Shown: positions 27,322 to 40,200 of the stretch, in pieces
How positions within the stretch are numbered: the first letter of the stretch is position 1
How the letters are laid out: each line of letters starts with the position of its first letter
Assembly (NCBI GenBank): GCA_050084515.1
Contig: CM114271.1
Coordinates: forward strand, 13,826,001 to 13,890,000
Origin: Blasia pusilla
Lineage: Eukaryota
DNA length: 64,000 nucleotides
Direction of reading: 5' to 3'
Notes under the pieces: model-generated
Database searches by the model: none
Told to the model about the DNA's origin: nothing
The model's input: only the letters and a program-made list of their open reading frames with translations
Position numbers and translations under genes: made by a program

Positions 27322-29182
27322 TCCAACCCTCCACTCTCCCCGGGTGCCTTCTCCAGAGCTCTCCTGTACCACTTCTCCTCAATTCCCGCATCCAGTCCGC
27401 CACCATCTAGGAACAGCCATCCGAAACCCGCCGAAGTGAGTTTCGAGCTCGTCTCTACCGATCGTTTGGAGAAGCAGCCGAATGTACGAGAATGAGAGCG
27501 TCAACTACGTACGCTTTCCTCCGTCCCCTTAAATGTCAACTCTTGAGCGAACTTGTGCTCAGCTCAGCTCTTGTAGCTAGCTGGTCTAGCAACACGGTTG
27601 CGCCGAAACCAAAAGTACGAGCATGGCGACTCCGGCGTTTCTTTCAGATGTCAACTCACAAGCCATCGCCGCTCGCAAGCTAGCAGCTAGCTGGTAGCTT
27701 TTCGCGAGAGAGATGTAGGGACGTGCGGCATTCAATAACTCACCAGTAGAGCAACCGACCGAAGTCCTGACTCCTGAGAAATCCAGACAGGCCCGCCCCC
27801 CTCCCCCGGCGGATGGATTACGAATTGACGTGTGCGGTGTCGGAGTGCGCACATCAAGTCGCGAACCAACTCCGTTGTAATTCCAAAAAGGCTCAGCGGT
27901 TCAGCAGTCGTAAAGCCCCTTGGCTCCTCCGTACCGACCTGCGCGGAGTTTCCAGGACGCTCACTCGATTGCGAGGGAGGTTATCATGTACTACACGTTC
28001 TTCATCATACGGCGCTTAATTATTACTTTTTTTCTCAAGTGCCGTGTCGTTCAATAAAAAAACGCTGCCCCTGCACACTGTCCCGCGACTGATCGCGATC
28101 GGTTTCGAGCCCCCTTCGATCATGGACTTTCGACAGTACGTTTGACCATGATCTCTCTAACCACCATCTCTGATCGGTCTCCGAGACGCAGGTAGTCGTA
28201 GCGTATGTTTCCACCGTTGCTCGCATATCAGAATGCGTATTACTGCAGATTGCTCGAAGTAGTTGTCTCAGACTCGCGGGAATCATCATGCTCCCCCGTT
28301 CTCTCGGATGCATTGGAGACACAATACCATGTCTAAACATAATGCGTGAGTTTTTCCAAGGCTAACTGGCTGCATATTTGTGGGATCACTCTGGTGGCCT
28401 TGTCTTTCTGTTTGTCAGCCAGGAACTGGCTTCGCCGTAGTCACCACGGCATGAGTCGACAAATTCGCTGTGTGCGCATGCATCAGTCGCATGATTCAGA
28501 ACTTGAACTTGAAGGTATTCCAAGGGTGCGCAGTTTAAGATGCGGAAACCCTGAAATTTCTTTGTGTCGAGGTCGACTGTTTCGAATCACTGGTCGGCGT
28601 GAGTCTGGGAACTCCCGCATTAAAACAACCAACCGAAACTACAACATTACACCTTTGGACGAATTCTAGGAGAATCGAAATGGAATGGAATTTCATGGAT
28701 CCCTGTGAATTTTGCAGTCAATCAGGAGGGCTACGAAGACTATCTCATGCTGAAACCCATGACACAACATTGTAATCGTAGTTGTACTTCATTCACTCCA
28801 CTTTTTTCTTGAAGGGAAAGCAATCTTGAATCGTGTTCTGGGATGCGATTGACGCGTATACTCGTTAACCTTTGTATGGCGAGCGCTCGAGAAATCAAAA
28901 CAGAGAAATCAAAACAGACTCCTTGGACTTCAATGCATCCATAAATGTGTATCTCCCGCCCCTCGTCGACCAACAATCACATGCAGACAAGGAGCTCCCT
29001 GGACTTTGTGGAGTCGGGGAACATACGCCGATGTGGGAACGGAGAGTTAGTGGGAGGATGTGGAGAGGATTAATTTATTGACGGGGCTACCATTCCATGT
29101 TTCTAGGACGAGAGATTAATATATAGGGGTTGGGATTTCCACCACGGGTAGAGGCCATCATCCATTAGTATTTCTTTTTGTA

Positions 29183-29587
29183 ATGGAAGTATTCGGTCAT
29201 TTATCTATGTCTTTTGATACTTTCATGAAAACATGTGTTCATCTTTCTCTCGAGAATCATCATCTTGTCCCTTCTCGTAGTCCTTCTTTCTTGATAGTTA
29301 TTATTTATTTTCGGCAATGCATCTCAGTGGCCTTACAACGTGCAGAAGCCTTGGCATTGATATGTCGTGCCGAGGTGGTGGGGGTCGCTCGCCTCGTCGT
29401 CCATTCACGTCTGACCAACCACTCGTATTCTTGTCAGATTTGTTTCAGGCTATCAATCGTGTAGCTCGTTGGTTTGTTGCCATTTTCTTTTTGCATTCTT
29501 TTATGCATTTTTTGACTCCTCTTTTGAGATGTTATTACCTTTCTTTGTCCTCTTTTGAGGTTTATTTTATAATAAAGTGGATATATT
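29183..29587 (+). mobile_element. Third 3' fragment of the CRE-like non-LTR family
   Basis: EVFGHLSMSFDTFMKTC...YFRQCISVALQRA matches the end of ORF 12181-12858 and has the same 3' end TTATAATAAAGTGGATATAT. Confidence 0.85.
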
Positions 29588-30971
29588 AACATACTAGTAT
29601 TTGGTTAGTGTCGTAATATATGATATATATTCTTTTTTGGTCTTTTTTTTATTAGTATTTTGATAATTTTTAAGAATTATGGTATTGTCAATAGCTAAAT
29701 CTATGATTTTGATGCTAATGGAATCCGTGGGGCAAGTCATGATTGTGGGTCTAAAAAAGAAAAATCTTTGTAAGACCCACCAAAGTGAGAACCTAGACTA
29801 GCGAATCACGAGATTGTGAAGGGTGATGGACCTGACTACATGACTAATATTAGACCTCATGTGCATCCACCTTGAGACTAGCTTTAGGCAAAAAGGTATG
29901 TAGATGCTCATGGAGACAAAGGCAAGGCAAGCCAAATAAGGTTTGAGACATCAGAGCCAAACACCAAATCAAGGGCGAAAAGCAAGAAACTCGCGAGTTG
30001 TCAAGATGGGCAAGACACTACAAGACTAGCCACGAGACCATCGACAAAATAACCATGAGACACCAAACAAGGAGTCCAAAGAAGCACTAGCCATAAGGCA
30101 CACAAAACCTTGGTCTAAGCTCTAAGATATGATTAGGGAACTGAGAGTTACATTACTTGTAGGAAGCCTATGCCAAGCCATCTTGATGGATAAAAGGTCA
30201 AACGCCCATCCGTGAGTCGCGAACCACGCTTGGGTTAAGGAATAAAATCAAGCCTAGGGCTTGAGGGAATAGTTAGAAAGGTGGGTTCCCATAGAGAACC
30301 CCGAGTGGCTCACCTATACTGAACTATGTTTCTTAATCCCTCAATGTACATCCCCTAACTCAAACTAAAACATGAGCAAACACCTATAATGATTAGTTCT
30401 TTGATCAAGGACTTGAGAAGTATTTTGCTCTTATAGTTGGTAAAAAATCATCCATTCTTGGTAATGGATTTTTTTTTTAATGTTTGTTGATTCAGTGCTC
30501 GATAGTCGATACACAATCGCATGCTTTCATCTTTCTTTTTCACCAAAAGAATGGGGCTCCATGTGGATCATATGGCGACACCCTTGGTTGGATGAAGCCT
30601 TCCTGCAACATCTCCTCCACTTGGGCTTTGCATTCTTCTAATTCCCTCAGAGCTAAGCGGTAAGAAGCATTATATGGTGGTGTGCTTCTTGGAAGGACCT
30701 CAATCCTGTGGTCTACCCTCCGTTTAGGTGGTAACCCTAATGGTAAATTATTTGGGAATACATCTTTATATTCCTCCAATACTTATTTCAATTCGTCTGG
30801 TACCTCTAAATATTTTTTCAAATCACCAACATCTCTTATTAAACCCAAGAAACATACATCTTAATGTTTGATGGCAGTTTTTCCAAATATATACAGGGAT
30901 AGGGTTATAGGACGTGATCTAACTCTATCTCCATAAAGCTTCCACTCTCGAGTCTTTATAATCTTTTTTCT

Positions 30972-31731
30972 CCAATCTATCTGTGGATTGTACTATTCCA
31001 TCCACGGCATCCCCAAGATAACATCATAATGTGCTAATCTAATGACTTTGATCTTTAACTTTTCTTGATACTTTCCTATTCTCAACTCTACCCTTCGAGG
31101 AAGCTTTTCAATCTTTTCTATTTGCTCGTTTCACAATTCTACCTCTTCTTTTTTATCCCTCTCTAAAGCTAAGCCCAAGTTCATAGTTATAGCTCTTGAC
31201 CATGGGTGTGGTTCATAGTAGGCTGAGAAATATGCCATATCTTCGCCCTTTTAATCATCTTGAAGAAGGACATATGTAGGAAGATGATGAAGAAGGCGGA
31301 CCTCAAGGAAACGCCAACCATCACTATTCTCACCTCGCGGATATATTGGTTCTAGCAAAAGGAGAAAAAGCGAGGGTCGACACAAACATGTGGAGGTAAA
31401 TGGTTTGAAAAGAGGAGAAACGGATTTCATTGTTATAGATAGGGAAGTAAATGCATCCCAAGTTAGAGTGTTGATTGATATTGGTGCAACAGAAAACTTC
31501 CTTTCAAGAGCTATAACTATGAACTTGGGCTTATCTTTAGAGAGGGATAAAAAAGAAGAGGTAGAATCGTGAAACGAGCAAATAGAAAAGATTGAAAAGC
31601 TTCCTCAAAGGGTAGAGTTGAGGATAGGAAAGTATCAAGAAAAGTTAAAGATCAAAGTCATTAGATTAGCACATTATGATGTTATCTTGGGGATGCCTTG
31701 GATGGAATAGTCCAAAACATAGATAGATTGG
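30972..31731. repeat. 228-bp inverted duplication (arms 30972-31199 and 31504-31731)
   Basis: The two arms are near-identical reverse complements separated by a 304-bp spacer. Confidence 0.92.
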
Positions 31732-31881
31732 TATCCATGGCTATATGACCATATCTACCACACCCAAAACATTGGCGTGTATCTTTTCGAATTCTCTCCC
31801 TCTTCTAAGAACCCGACCTTGTTGGTTCGAGGAGCAATCCCTTGTATGGTGAGATTTCGATCTCTCTCCATTGGCACCCTT

Positions 31882-32355
31882 TGTCGTGTGAATCCACATC
31901 ATCATACAACAGACATCGGTGATATACCATACTCACATACATACATAACATAGATGAGAGCATACACAAACACAAGTGTACCACAATTGAAATCCGTGAA
32001 AAACCTACTGTCATAAAACACGTATAGAATCACATACAATCGAGCCAAACCCACTCCACGACGGGAGAATCTAGGTTGAAGCTTGCGGGAACTATCATGG
32101 CCAAGAGCTCTACTCGCTACCAAGGCTAATTCCCAACGCAACAGGCTCAACTCAAAGAACTAATTGTTCTTTGAGTGCACTCCACGCTATATCCTCTAAC
32201 CTAAGAGCGGGCCCTATTGGAAAAGTCACCCTCAACTGAGTAACCCCCAACCCTATGTATGAAACCGCATCTCTACTTAGACACTACGGCCCTACATAAG
32301 GTATGGCCTCTACTAGCACACTATACTCTACGACATAATCCGTATGGTCATGATA
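31882..32355 (-). mobile_element. Solo A+B terminal unit of family B
   Basis: Near-identical to 41310-41783, with a perfect 4-bp TSD CCTT (31878-31881 / 32356-32359). Confidence 0.93.
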
Positions 32356-33719
32356 CCTTCTATTAAACCTTTGTGGCGTATACCCATCCCATCTATGGAT
32401 CCATGGGTGTGGATCCATAGTCGTTCATTGAAGCAACCACCTCTCCTCCTCCTTTGTACACATTCGCCATGCGTTGGGCATATGCGATTGCTTCATTGAT
32501 ATCCTTCGGTTTATCTTGAATCACTTCTTGATGCACCTTCCTCGTCAAACCTCTCTTGAATAGATCGAGGGCTTCTACCCCACTCATGTCGCGGATCTGT
32601 ATGTATAAGTCACGAAACTCTTCGATATAGTCCTCCACAATACCTTTTAGCTTCAATCGCCATAGTTTCATTCTAGCAGTGAGGATTGGTTCTACAGCTT
32701 GGAAATTTTGCAAAAGCCCTTGCTTCATTCCGCTCCTTGTGATTTGTTGACTTGTTTCAATTAAGTATCTCTCCCATCCTTGATACCATGTCAATGCTCG
32801 ATTGGTGAACTAAGATCTTACAACCATCCCTACTATACGATCATCAATGTTGAAAAGGGACAAATGGATTTCCATACAATTGATCCAACCCTCTAATATC
32901 CCTAAGACTTGACTTTCTTTGTACAATTCTACCTTGCATGTCTTTGTCATTTTCAATAGTAATGACGCTTGGGTATTCATCTCCATCACTCTTTGTGTTG
33001 CTTGGGCATCCAATGCTCGTGCCCATTAAATGCTCGTTTTTTATGCTCGTTCCCTTGATCTTTGACTATCACTTTAATATAAGGTCAAGATATACACCTG
33101 CCAATTTCGCATAATAAGGATTACAAAAGGCAATGTTGATGCAATGATTTCATCATAATACTCTTGGCCAAACTTCCTCTCCATAAACTCTCTATATGCT
33201 ATCTTAAGTCGACTAACCACATGAATTGTACATTAAAATTCATTCCCCCTATCTTGTTTAAAACAATATATAAATAGTGCAATCCCATACACTATATAAC
33301 AATAGGAAAGATCACTAGGAAGCGAGACTCCATCACTTGTGTCATGAAAACTTCACCAAAGTGATATACGAGGTATCTTGTGAACTAGTGTCTATCTACA
33401 TGTAAGAGTTTGATGGTGAACGGATTTAGAAATGGAAAATTAGCAGTCACTCTCACTTCCCCTTCATCCATTAGCTCCAAAACAATCCTTCTCCCTTGCT
33501 CTACTTGCAGCTCAATAGCTACTACCAGCCTCTAACAAACCTTTCTAACTCTTAAAATTGTATCGTTACTCGGTCATCCTTCCAAGAGGGATAATCCACT
33601 TCCATTGGGAAGAGTAAGCGTGCTCTGATACCATTGTAACTCTCGAGCTTAGAGAACCACTGTAGAGTTGCTCAAAGGTAGAATAACCCTCAAGGTCTCT
33701 CCTCTTCTTTTATATACTT

Positions 33720-34343
33720 TGTCGTGCGCTTACACATTGCTGTCAACGAACACACATACAAACACGCACGATCCCATGCTAACTCATGGCATCCAAACAA
33801 CGAGACAAGAAGTACTAAAATATCTCCAATTAAAGTAAGATCCAATCTCTCTCTACACCATCTCACACCATAGCTCTCGAAGGTGTGCACTCTCTCTCAT
33901 GTCAAACCAAACCCACTCTCCTAATAAGAGGCGTGGGTTACACTCACAAGGCAAGGGACCATAGCTTCGCCACCTTATGCCAAGAGGTTCAACAAAGAGA
34001 GAATGAGCTCTCAAGCTCTCTCTCCTTGAGGTATACCCGTCCCCTTTCCCAAGCTCTCTCCATGGTAACCTATTCTCCCAAGTCACCTCCTTGGATCTTG
34101 ACCTGATGTAGGAGGTCAAGGGTCATTTACCAAAAATACAAAGTCGATCATATACTCAAAATGGTACTTCCCTAAAATAGCAAGTTCCTCAATATGGCTC
34201 CAAATGAGCTGAAACGAAGGGAAACCTTCTCTCTTAGGTTTTCTGGGGCCTCAGCACGTCATCCTTGACCTATTGAGCCTATCTTCCACTACTCACGAAG
34301 GCGCTCTACTAGATCTCACTAATCTATCCTAAAAGACGTGACA
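33720..34343 (-). mobile_element. Solo A+B terminal unit of related family D
   Basis: TGTCGTGC...CGTGACA termini with an imperfect 4-bp TSD ACTT/GCTT. 33760-33831 matches the internal B1-position sequence at about 1079-1150. The body is homologous to about 17580-17660. Confidence 0.75.
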
Positions 34344-34539
34344 GCTTAGAGATAGGTCCAATGAAGATAAATTAGCTCTACATATCCTTATGCCATGTGT
34401 CTTACTCTCATAGCATGAGAGGATCTTTTTTGGACTCTAATGTCTCTATCTCATCTTCCCCAAGCTCATCCTTATCTTACTTTTCACCAACCTATGGCCT
34501 CGCTGTTATTTTTATCTTTTTCTTTTATCTTTTATCTTT

Positions 34540-36724
34540 TTGGTTGCTTCTTTCCTATTTATGCGCTACATGTCAGAGACTCTAACTTAACTATGACTAA
34601 AAAAGGATGGTTACATCAAGACACTCACTGAGCCCTCAACTACGAGGTACTCCAAGCTAGCATGGAAGACATCTCAAGGACTTGAAATTTATGGTCTTCA
34701 CATGGGGGATGCCCCCATTTTTTTTACACTCACGTCCAACAAAGTCTCCACCACTAGATGGGTAGAAATCAACCATATAGAAAATATCTTGTATGCATTC
34801 AATACATCCTTCACTTGAGGTGATGTACCCATAGGTTGCCCAATTATTCAATACAAGGTTACACACATTCCTTCCCAACTTCATATTCTCAGGTCCACAA
34901 ATATTAGGCAACATCATTGATTATGTTATCATTTATGAGCTATAAGGCAAAGAATGTTTGCACTATCAAATGATTTTCTGGATTGATCCTACACATATAG
35001 ATCATGTTACATGTAAGATTTATGCATATATACCATCTCAAGATATCAAGATAAACCATCAATCCGTGTTGGGTTTAACTTCTGACCAATGCCTACTAGT
35101 GTTGAGAGAGTATGTTACTAGCAAAAAACCACATCGTTGTAAGGAAGGTGTGTGTGTCGTTAGAAAGAAGCAGAATTAACATCCCTCTTGTCGTCTAGGA
35201 TTCCCTACCGATACTACTCCACAAATGGTACCTTACATACATCCAGAAACAATGCGATGGACATATTTTAGACCATCCCATCTCCACCGCAATATCAAAC
35301 CCTATCACCCACTTATTTTGTGAATATTCAACGGGGAGCTTACATGAATATTCAACGTGTAACCAAGATTGATTGGTCTTTCTACCTATATACTTAAATA
35401 TGCACTGAAGTCTGAGCCAACTGGTTCTCTAGATATAGATATAGATATAGAATCTGTTTGTTATCTTGGATTAGAAAGCTTGGATGAACTAAGGCTAAAG
35501 CTCGTATCAGGTGTAGTTCTCAACCGTTCAATCTTGCAACTGAAGCTTTGTTAACTTCCATGGAGATACCAATTAATCCTATTCAGATCCCAATCAATAA
35601 ATTACATAAACTCCAATCCCCCATATTGTCGAACTTCACTCTATAGAAATGCCTCCATTCCCTACATCCATCCAATAGTTCTCTAGTGCAACGCACCTTC
35701 CTTCCTTGATAATTTGTCATTTACAGAGTATTGGAAATTTTACCAAGTAATGAGACCATCCAAGTCTAAAATGTCTGCCTTTGTTGTTGGTATTAATAGT
35801 CTTGGAAATTCTATATCTTCAACTTCACGATTAGTTAGATTCACGAAATTCCATCCACTTCATCAATGGCAAGAATTCTTCAACAATCTTCTTTTACAGA
35901 AGATTCCATTTAGATCAGAGGAGCTGCTCATATCTTCTACTTTGTCACAGTGGACATATCTCCATGTGTGCATCCACTGTGGAATTATCAAAGACTTTGA
36001 ATTTATAAATATTCTTGTAAGCAATTCTGCAATAGAAAATATTTGGAGTACTCTACACACTTCTGAGATACTCTTTAAATGTTATTATATTCTATCACCT
36101 ATCATTTAAGCTGACTTTCTAAATCTTTTACAAGAAGAAGTCCCTTCTCTAGAAGAGAATTTTCATACCTCCCCATCTAACATTGCACCTCCTAACGTAG
36201 TTGCACTTAATGATGAATAACAAAAAATTATACAACTCCATCAAGGACAAGACCTTTGGCCTTATCCTGCTCCAATTTGGTCCTGGGTCTGGAAAAACCT
36301 TCATTATCAATTTTATGTGCAGTTATTGGCGTTTAAAAGGTTATAACCTTCTTTTAGTTGCTACAATAGGAATTGGACCAACAAGACTTCATATAGACAC
36401 AACCATAGTTCCCTCTGTGTTTTGTATTCCCATTCGTGGTGACATTCTCCATATGCATGCAACATCTTATGCGCATTTAAAGCTAAAGAATGCAAATATC
36501 ATTATCATAGACGAATGTTCCATGTTGATACCTACTATAGATTATAGCTATGCAACTTAATAAGAGTAGACCGAGTACTACCAATGATTTATTTCTAAAC
36601 ATAATTATTTATTCTTGTTGGGGATCTCACACAACTACTTCCCCTGTGCTCGCATAAACTTAACACGTTCTGCCAAGTTTTCCATCTTATGTCCTCACCT
36701 TTTATGAGTGGAGCATCCACATAT
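34540..36724 (+). mobile_element. Degenerate Helitron RepHel, N-terminal part (Rep HUH domain and PIF1 helicase motifs I-III)
   Basis: Rep motif 2 YEL*GKECLHYQMIFW (~34935-34985), Rep motif 3 YILKYALK (~35387), Walker A GPGSGKT, Walker B IIIIDECSM, and ILVGDLTQL. Confidence 0.8.
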
Positions 36725-37702
36725 TGTCACGACCCTCATAACCAAATAACACCAAATAGGCGCCAAGCGGAACATCAGAACTCAAGTGGACACACCGTAC
36801 AATGATCGCGCTTTGGAAAGGCTTTTGGAACGTCTCTTGGAAAAGTCCAAGAGACGAAACGCGAAATAGAGTTGTGCATTTCATGCATTAGTGGTCGCAA
36901 CCAAGAAACCTAGACCAAACGCGAGCCAAGACTTAAGATGAGTTGAGTCTTGGAAGGTTGGTTGCCATAGAGGTGAGAACCAATTTTGGAACACGAATAG
37001 CGTTTGGGGAATTTGAATGTATTTTGGACCATGAACTTTAGCCCCAAGATGAATTTGGGACAAATAATAGTACCTTGATAAGCTTATCTTGAAACGCTTC
37101 CAATGCACCAAAGATCTTAGCAAACGCATAAGTACAGACTGAGATATTGGCCAAAAATGACTGTGAGAGCAATCGGGTTGAGGGCCAATTGGAGAGGCCC
37201 AGGTGTCTTTCCCTAAATGTAGGGAACCCTGGAGATCCCCAGAAGAACTAGTAAGGGAGGAGTGTCTCCAAGATGTCTTGGAACACGAATTCCCACTTTG
37301 AGCACCAAATGGCGTCTCAGAGGTACGGGATGGAACGGGAGTTTAGCCTGGTAACTCGAAATCCAAACGTGATCCAAGAGAGTGGACTTTGTATGCCACA
37401 CTTGGATTCCGACCCAAGATTCCCTTTGTGCGAGTCTCGATTAGGGACTCATTAGATGTCCATCGGACTGTTAGAACCACCATGCGCGAAACGTCATTTG
37501 AGGTTTCTCAACCGACGAGAAAGTATGTCCCAAGTCTTTCGAGACTTGCTTGTGTTGTAAACCGCGAAACTAGGAAGGTTGAGCTTGATGAGAGACCGAG
37601 ACGAGAACTCGGAAAGTTAGCCCGCTGATTGATCCAAGACCCGACTAACTAGAGTGCGTATTTAGATGCAGATCAACTTTGAGAGCGTGACCTATTGAAC
37701 GT

Positions 37703-38931
37703 TGTCGTGTCGAGAGCCTTTCTTTGAGTAAGGGCGGGCCTTCTAGTTACGGCGTACGTGATCAATGCAAGGTGAACTCTCTAAGAAGTTCTCCTTTTTC
37801 AATAAAAAAATTATTATGTATACTCTCCATTCTCTTACGACAAGTATCACAAATGGAATTGTCGAGGCGATCACTTCTTCGTAACATCGGACCCTGAAAT
37901 TCTTAATTATAAAATCCCTATAAACTACTTTACATTTGTACACGAGGAAGATAGCACAACTAGTGTTAAATCCTACTTTAGTAGGCCTATTGACGTCCAT
38001 GGATCGCTATATAAGGACATACAAAGTACAATCCCATGTTCTTTCGTGTATGACGATAGGAAGAATCAACAGAGTTGGAGATTGCATGACCTGGTTCATT
38101 AACTTCTCCCCAAAGTGATAAACTAAATAGCAAGTGAACCAGTGCCTATCTACAAAGAGTACCTTGACATGGTAAGGATTGAGGAAATGAAAGTAGGACA
38201 CAACTCGTGCTCCATCTCTATTCATGCTTGAAAGACATTACCTACCCTCCTCAAGAATGGGCTTTGACGAAATTATTCTACCAAGAAGGGTAATCCACTC
38301 CTCTAAGGTGACAAGCTTCTCATCTCCACACATACCACACTCTAGAAACCTCTCGAAGAATAGATCATGATCAAGTTACTCTCCCAAGAAGGGTGATCCA
38401 CTCTCATTGGAAGAGCAAGCAATCTCAAAGCCATACACTTGAGAATGACACGAGAGACTCAAGATGTGAAATAGAAGGTGATGAACCCTTTCCTTGAAGG
38501 CCCCTCCTCTTTATATACTCATGAGGGATCCATAAGAGTACGAAATAGAGCTAATCTTATCTTGTGCCACATAACTACCTCTCAAGGCTTAGCCAATCAT
38601 ATTTTGACACAAGTAGATTTCCTCTTATCTCTTCAAAAATATTCTCTTTTATCCACTTGATATTTTCCAAATTACCCCAACTAACCTAGCCACCAACCAA
38701 GACTACTTTTACTTTTCATTAAAGCATCAACCTCACTACTTTACTTTTACAAAGTTATCTTTTATTTATTACCTCTTTTCTTAAAGTTGGGCCCACATAA
38801 AAGAGACACCATAAAGAGGTTTAAACATGGGAATTTTCTTTTCCTAAGCTAATTTACTTAATACTAATAAAACTCTATCTAACACTTAATGAGGAAAGAG
38901 TTTACACACTGGTTGATTTTACTATACGAAA
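37703..38931 (-). mobile_element. Solo LTR-like unit, family C, inside the family A 5' LTR
   Basis: TGTCGTGTCG...TATACGA(C>A)A termini with TSD ACGT/ACGC. Removing it restores GAACGCACGC as seen in the other family A LTRs. Near-identical to 43471-44744. Orientation is inferred. Confidence 0.88.
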
Positions 38932-38988
38932 ACGCACGCTTTTGCAACAACAAAGATTAACGTTCAAGGAGAGTAGGCGCACGGCACG

Positions 38989-39002
38989 TGGTATCAGAGC
39001 CA
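38989..39002 (+). other. Primer binding site (initiator tRNA-Met) of family A
   Basis: TGGTATCAGAGCCA two nt after the LTR end CA. Confidence 0.95.
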
Positions 39003-39136
39003 ATCCTTGGTGAGCAGAACTTGGGATCGTAGAAGATGTGGACGTTTGAGAAGAACTCAAGGTAGTTGGAAGGCTGCGATGCTCAAGCACGAACACAAGA
39101 GACAAGGAGGAGATTTGAGAAAGCGAGGACTCGCAA

Positions 39137-40200
39137 ATGGCAACCAAGGGCGAAGAACCAAGGAAGCCGCAAGTCAAAGAAAAAAATCCGAGAGACGAAT
39201 CAATGACGAACCGTGAGCCAGAGGAGGAGACAGCAACTCCCAAAGTGCCGAGTCCCAGACATGAGGATGTTCCAAACGCAAATCTTTCCGTGGGGCCTTC
39301 GGCTCCAAACTCAAACGACCTGGCCTTTTATATCCAAATGATGGATTTGATGAAGGTGATGGTGGACCAGATGGCCAAACAAAGCAAGGTGATCGTAGAA
39401 CCCAAGTTGAATGGAGCCTCTAGTTCCAGAAAGAAGCTTTGTAAGACAAATTTTCCAATGCCATTCACAAGAATGGGGTATTCTCAAAAAGTGAGCGAGT
39501 TTCTAACGAAACTCAAACTTTATTTTGAAGCGCAAAAGGCAGATGAGCAAGACAACGTGATTGTAGCAGTCATGTTTCTGAAGGATCATGCTCTCTACTG
39601 ATGGACGGCTCACCTTAAAGAACATCTAGGCCATGGAAGAACTTTGAGTTGGGAAGATTTCAAGGGGTTGATTGGTAACCAATTCACTCCGGAATATCAA
39701 GAGTATCGCGATGGCATGGAGTTTATTAGGTTGTGCCAAAGCGGATCCCTTAGCGCTTATGTGTGAGAGTTCAGTGCACACATGAGCTCACTTTCCACAT
39801 ATGAGTTTACAAAGAAGATGATCTTCTTAAGTGGACTCAAACCGAGCGCCAAAAAGGCCCTCTTTCGTATGCATCACATTCCACCGATGTGCGCAGAACT
39901 TCTGAGGCTAGCGGAGCGGATAGGGGACGATGAAGTCCAAAACCAAAAACCCTTTGAGCAGAAAAGTTTTTCTAAGTTACCAAAAAACAAAGGGACATCC
40001 AAGAGGGTTTGGAATGGGGGTGAGTGCGACCACGAAGGGTCTCTTGCCCCAGCGGCGAAATGAGTGGAACTCTATGCAAAGCCAAGAGGGTCGCCGTTCT
40101 CAAAGTCAACAAATGCCAAAGTGATTTGTTACAATTGTGGCGAACCCGGGCATATGGCTAAGGAATGTGTGAAGCCCAAGGTTAGTAATTCAAGTATGAT
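39137..40200 (+). pseudogene. Family A gag (in-frame stops)
   Basis: Retrotransposon gag motifs FLKDHALY*W and LSWEDFK, and zinc knuckle CYNCGEPGHMAKEC. PPT AAGGAGGGGTGAG at 40285-40297. Confidence 0.85.

Larger units (their letters stand above)
30360..33719 (-). mobile_element. Degenerate conventional Ty3/Gypsy element (tRNA-Met PBS, gag, protease, RT N-terminus)
   Basis: PBS TGGTATCAGAGC on the - strand at 33633-33622, next to an LTR end at 33635. gag at 33013-32393 (...STPMD). Zinc knuckle CFGCGRYGHIA at about 31770-31737. Protease VLIDIGATENF at 31390-31572 is inverted. RT start EEYKDVFPNNLPLGLPPKR...[11 protein letters not shown]. Confidence 0.85.

Noticed and set aside
29769-30350. LTR-like segment starting TGTAAGAC
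   Set aside because: No second copy, matching end or TSD found, so boundaries cannot be supported.
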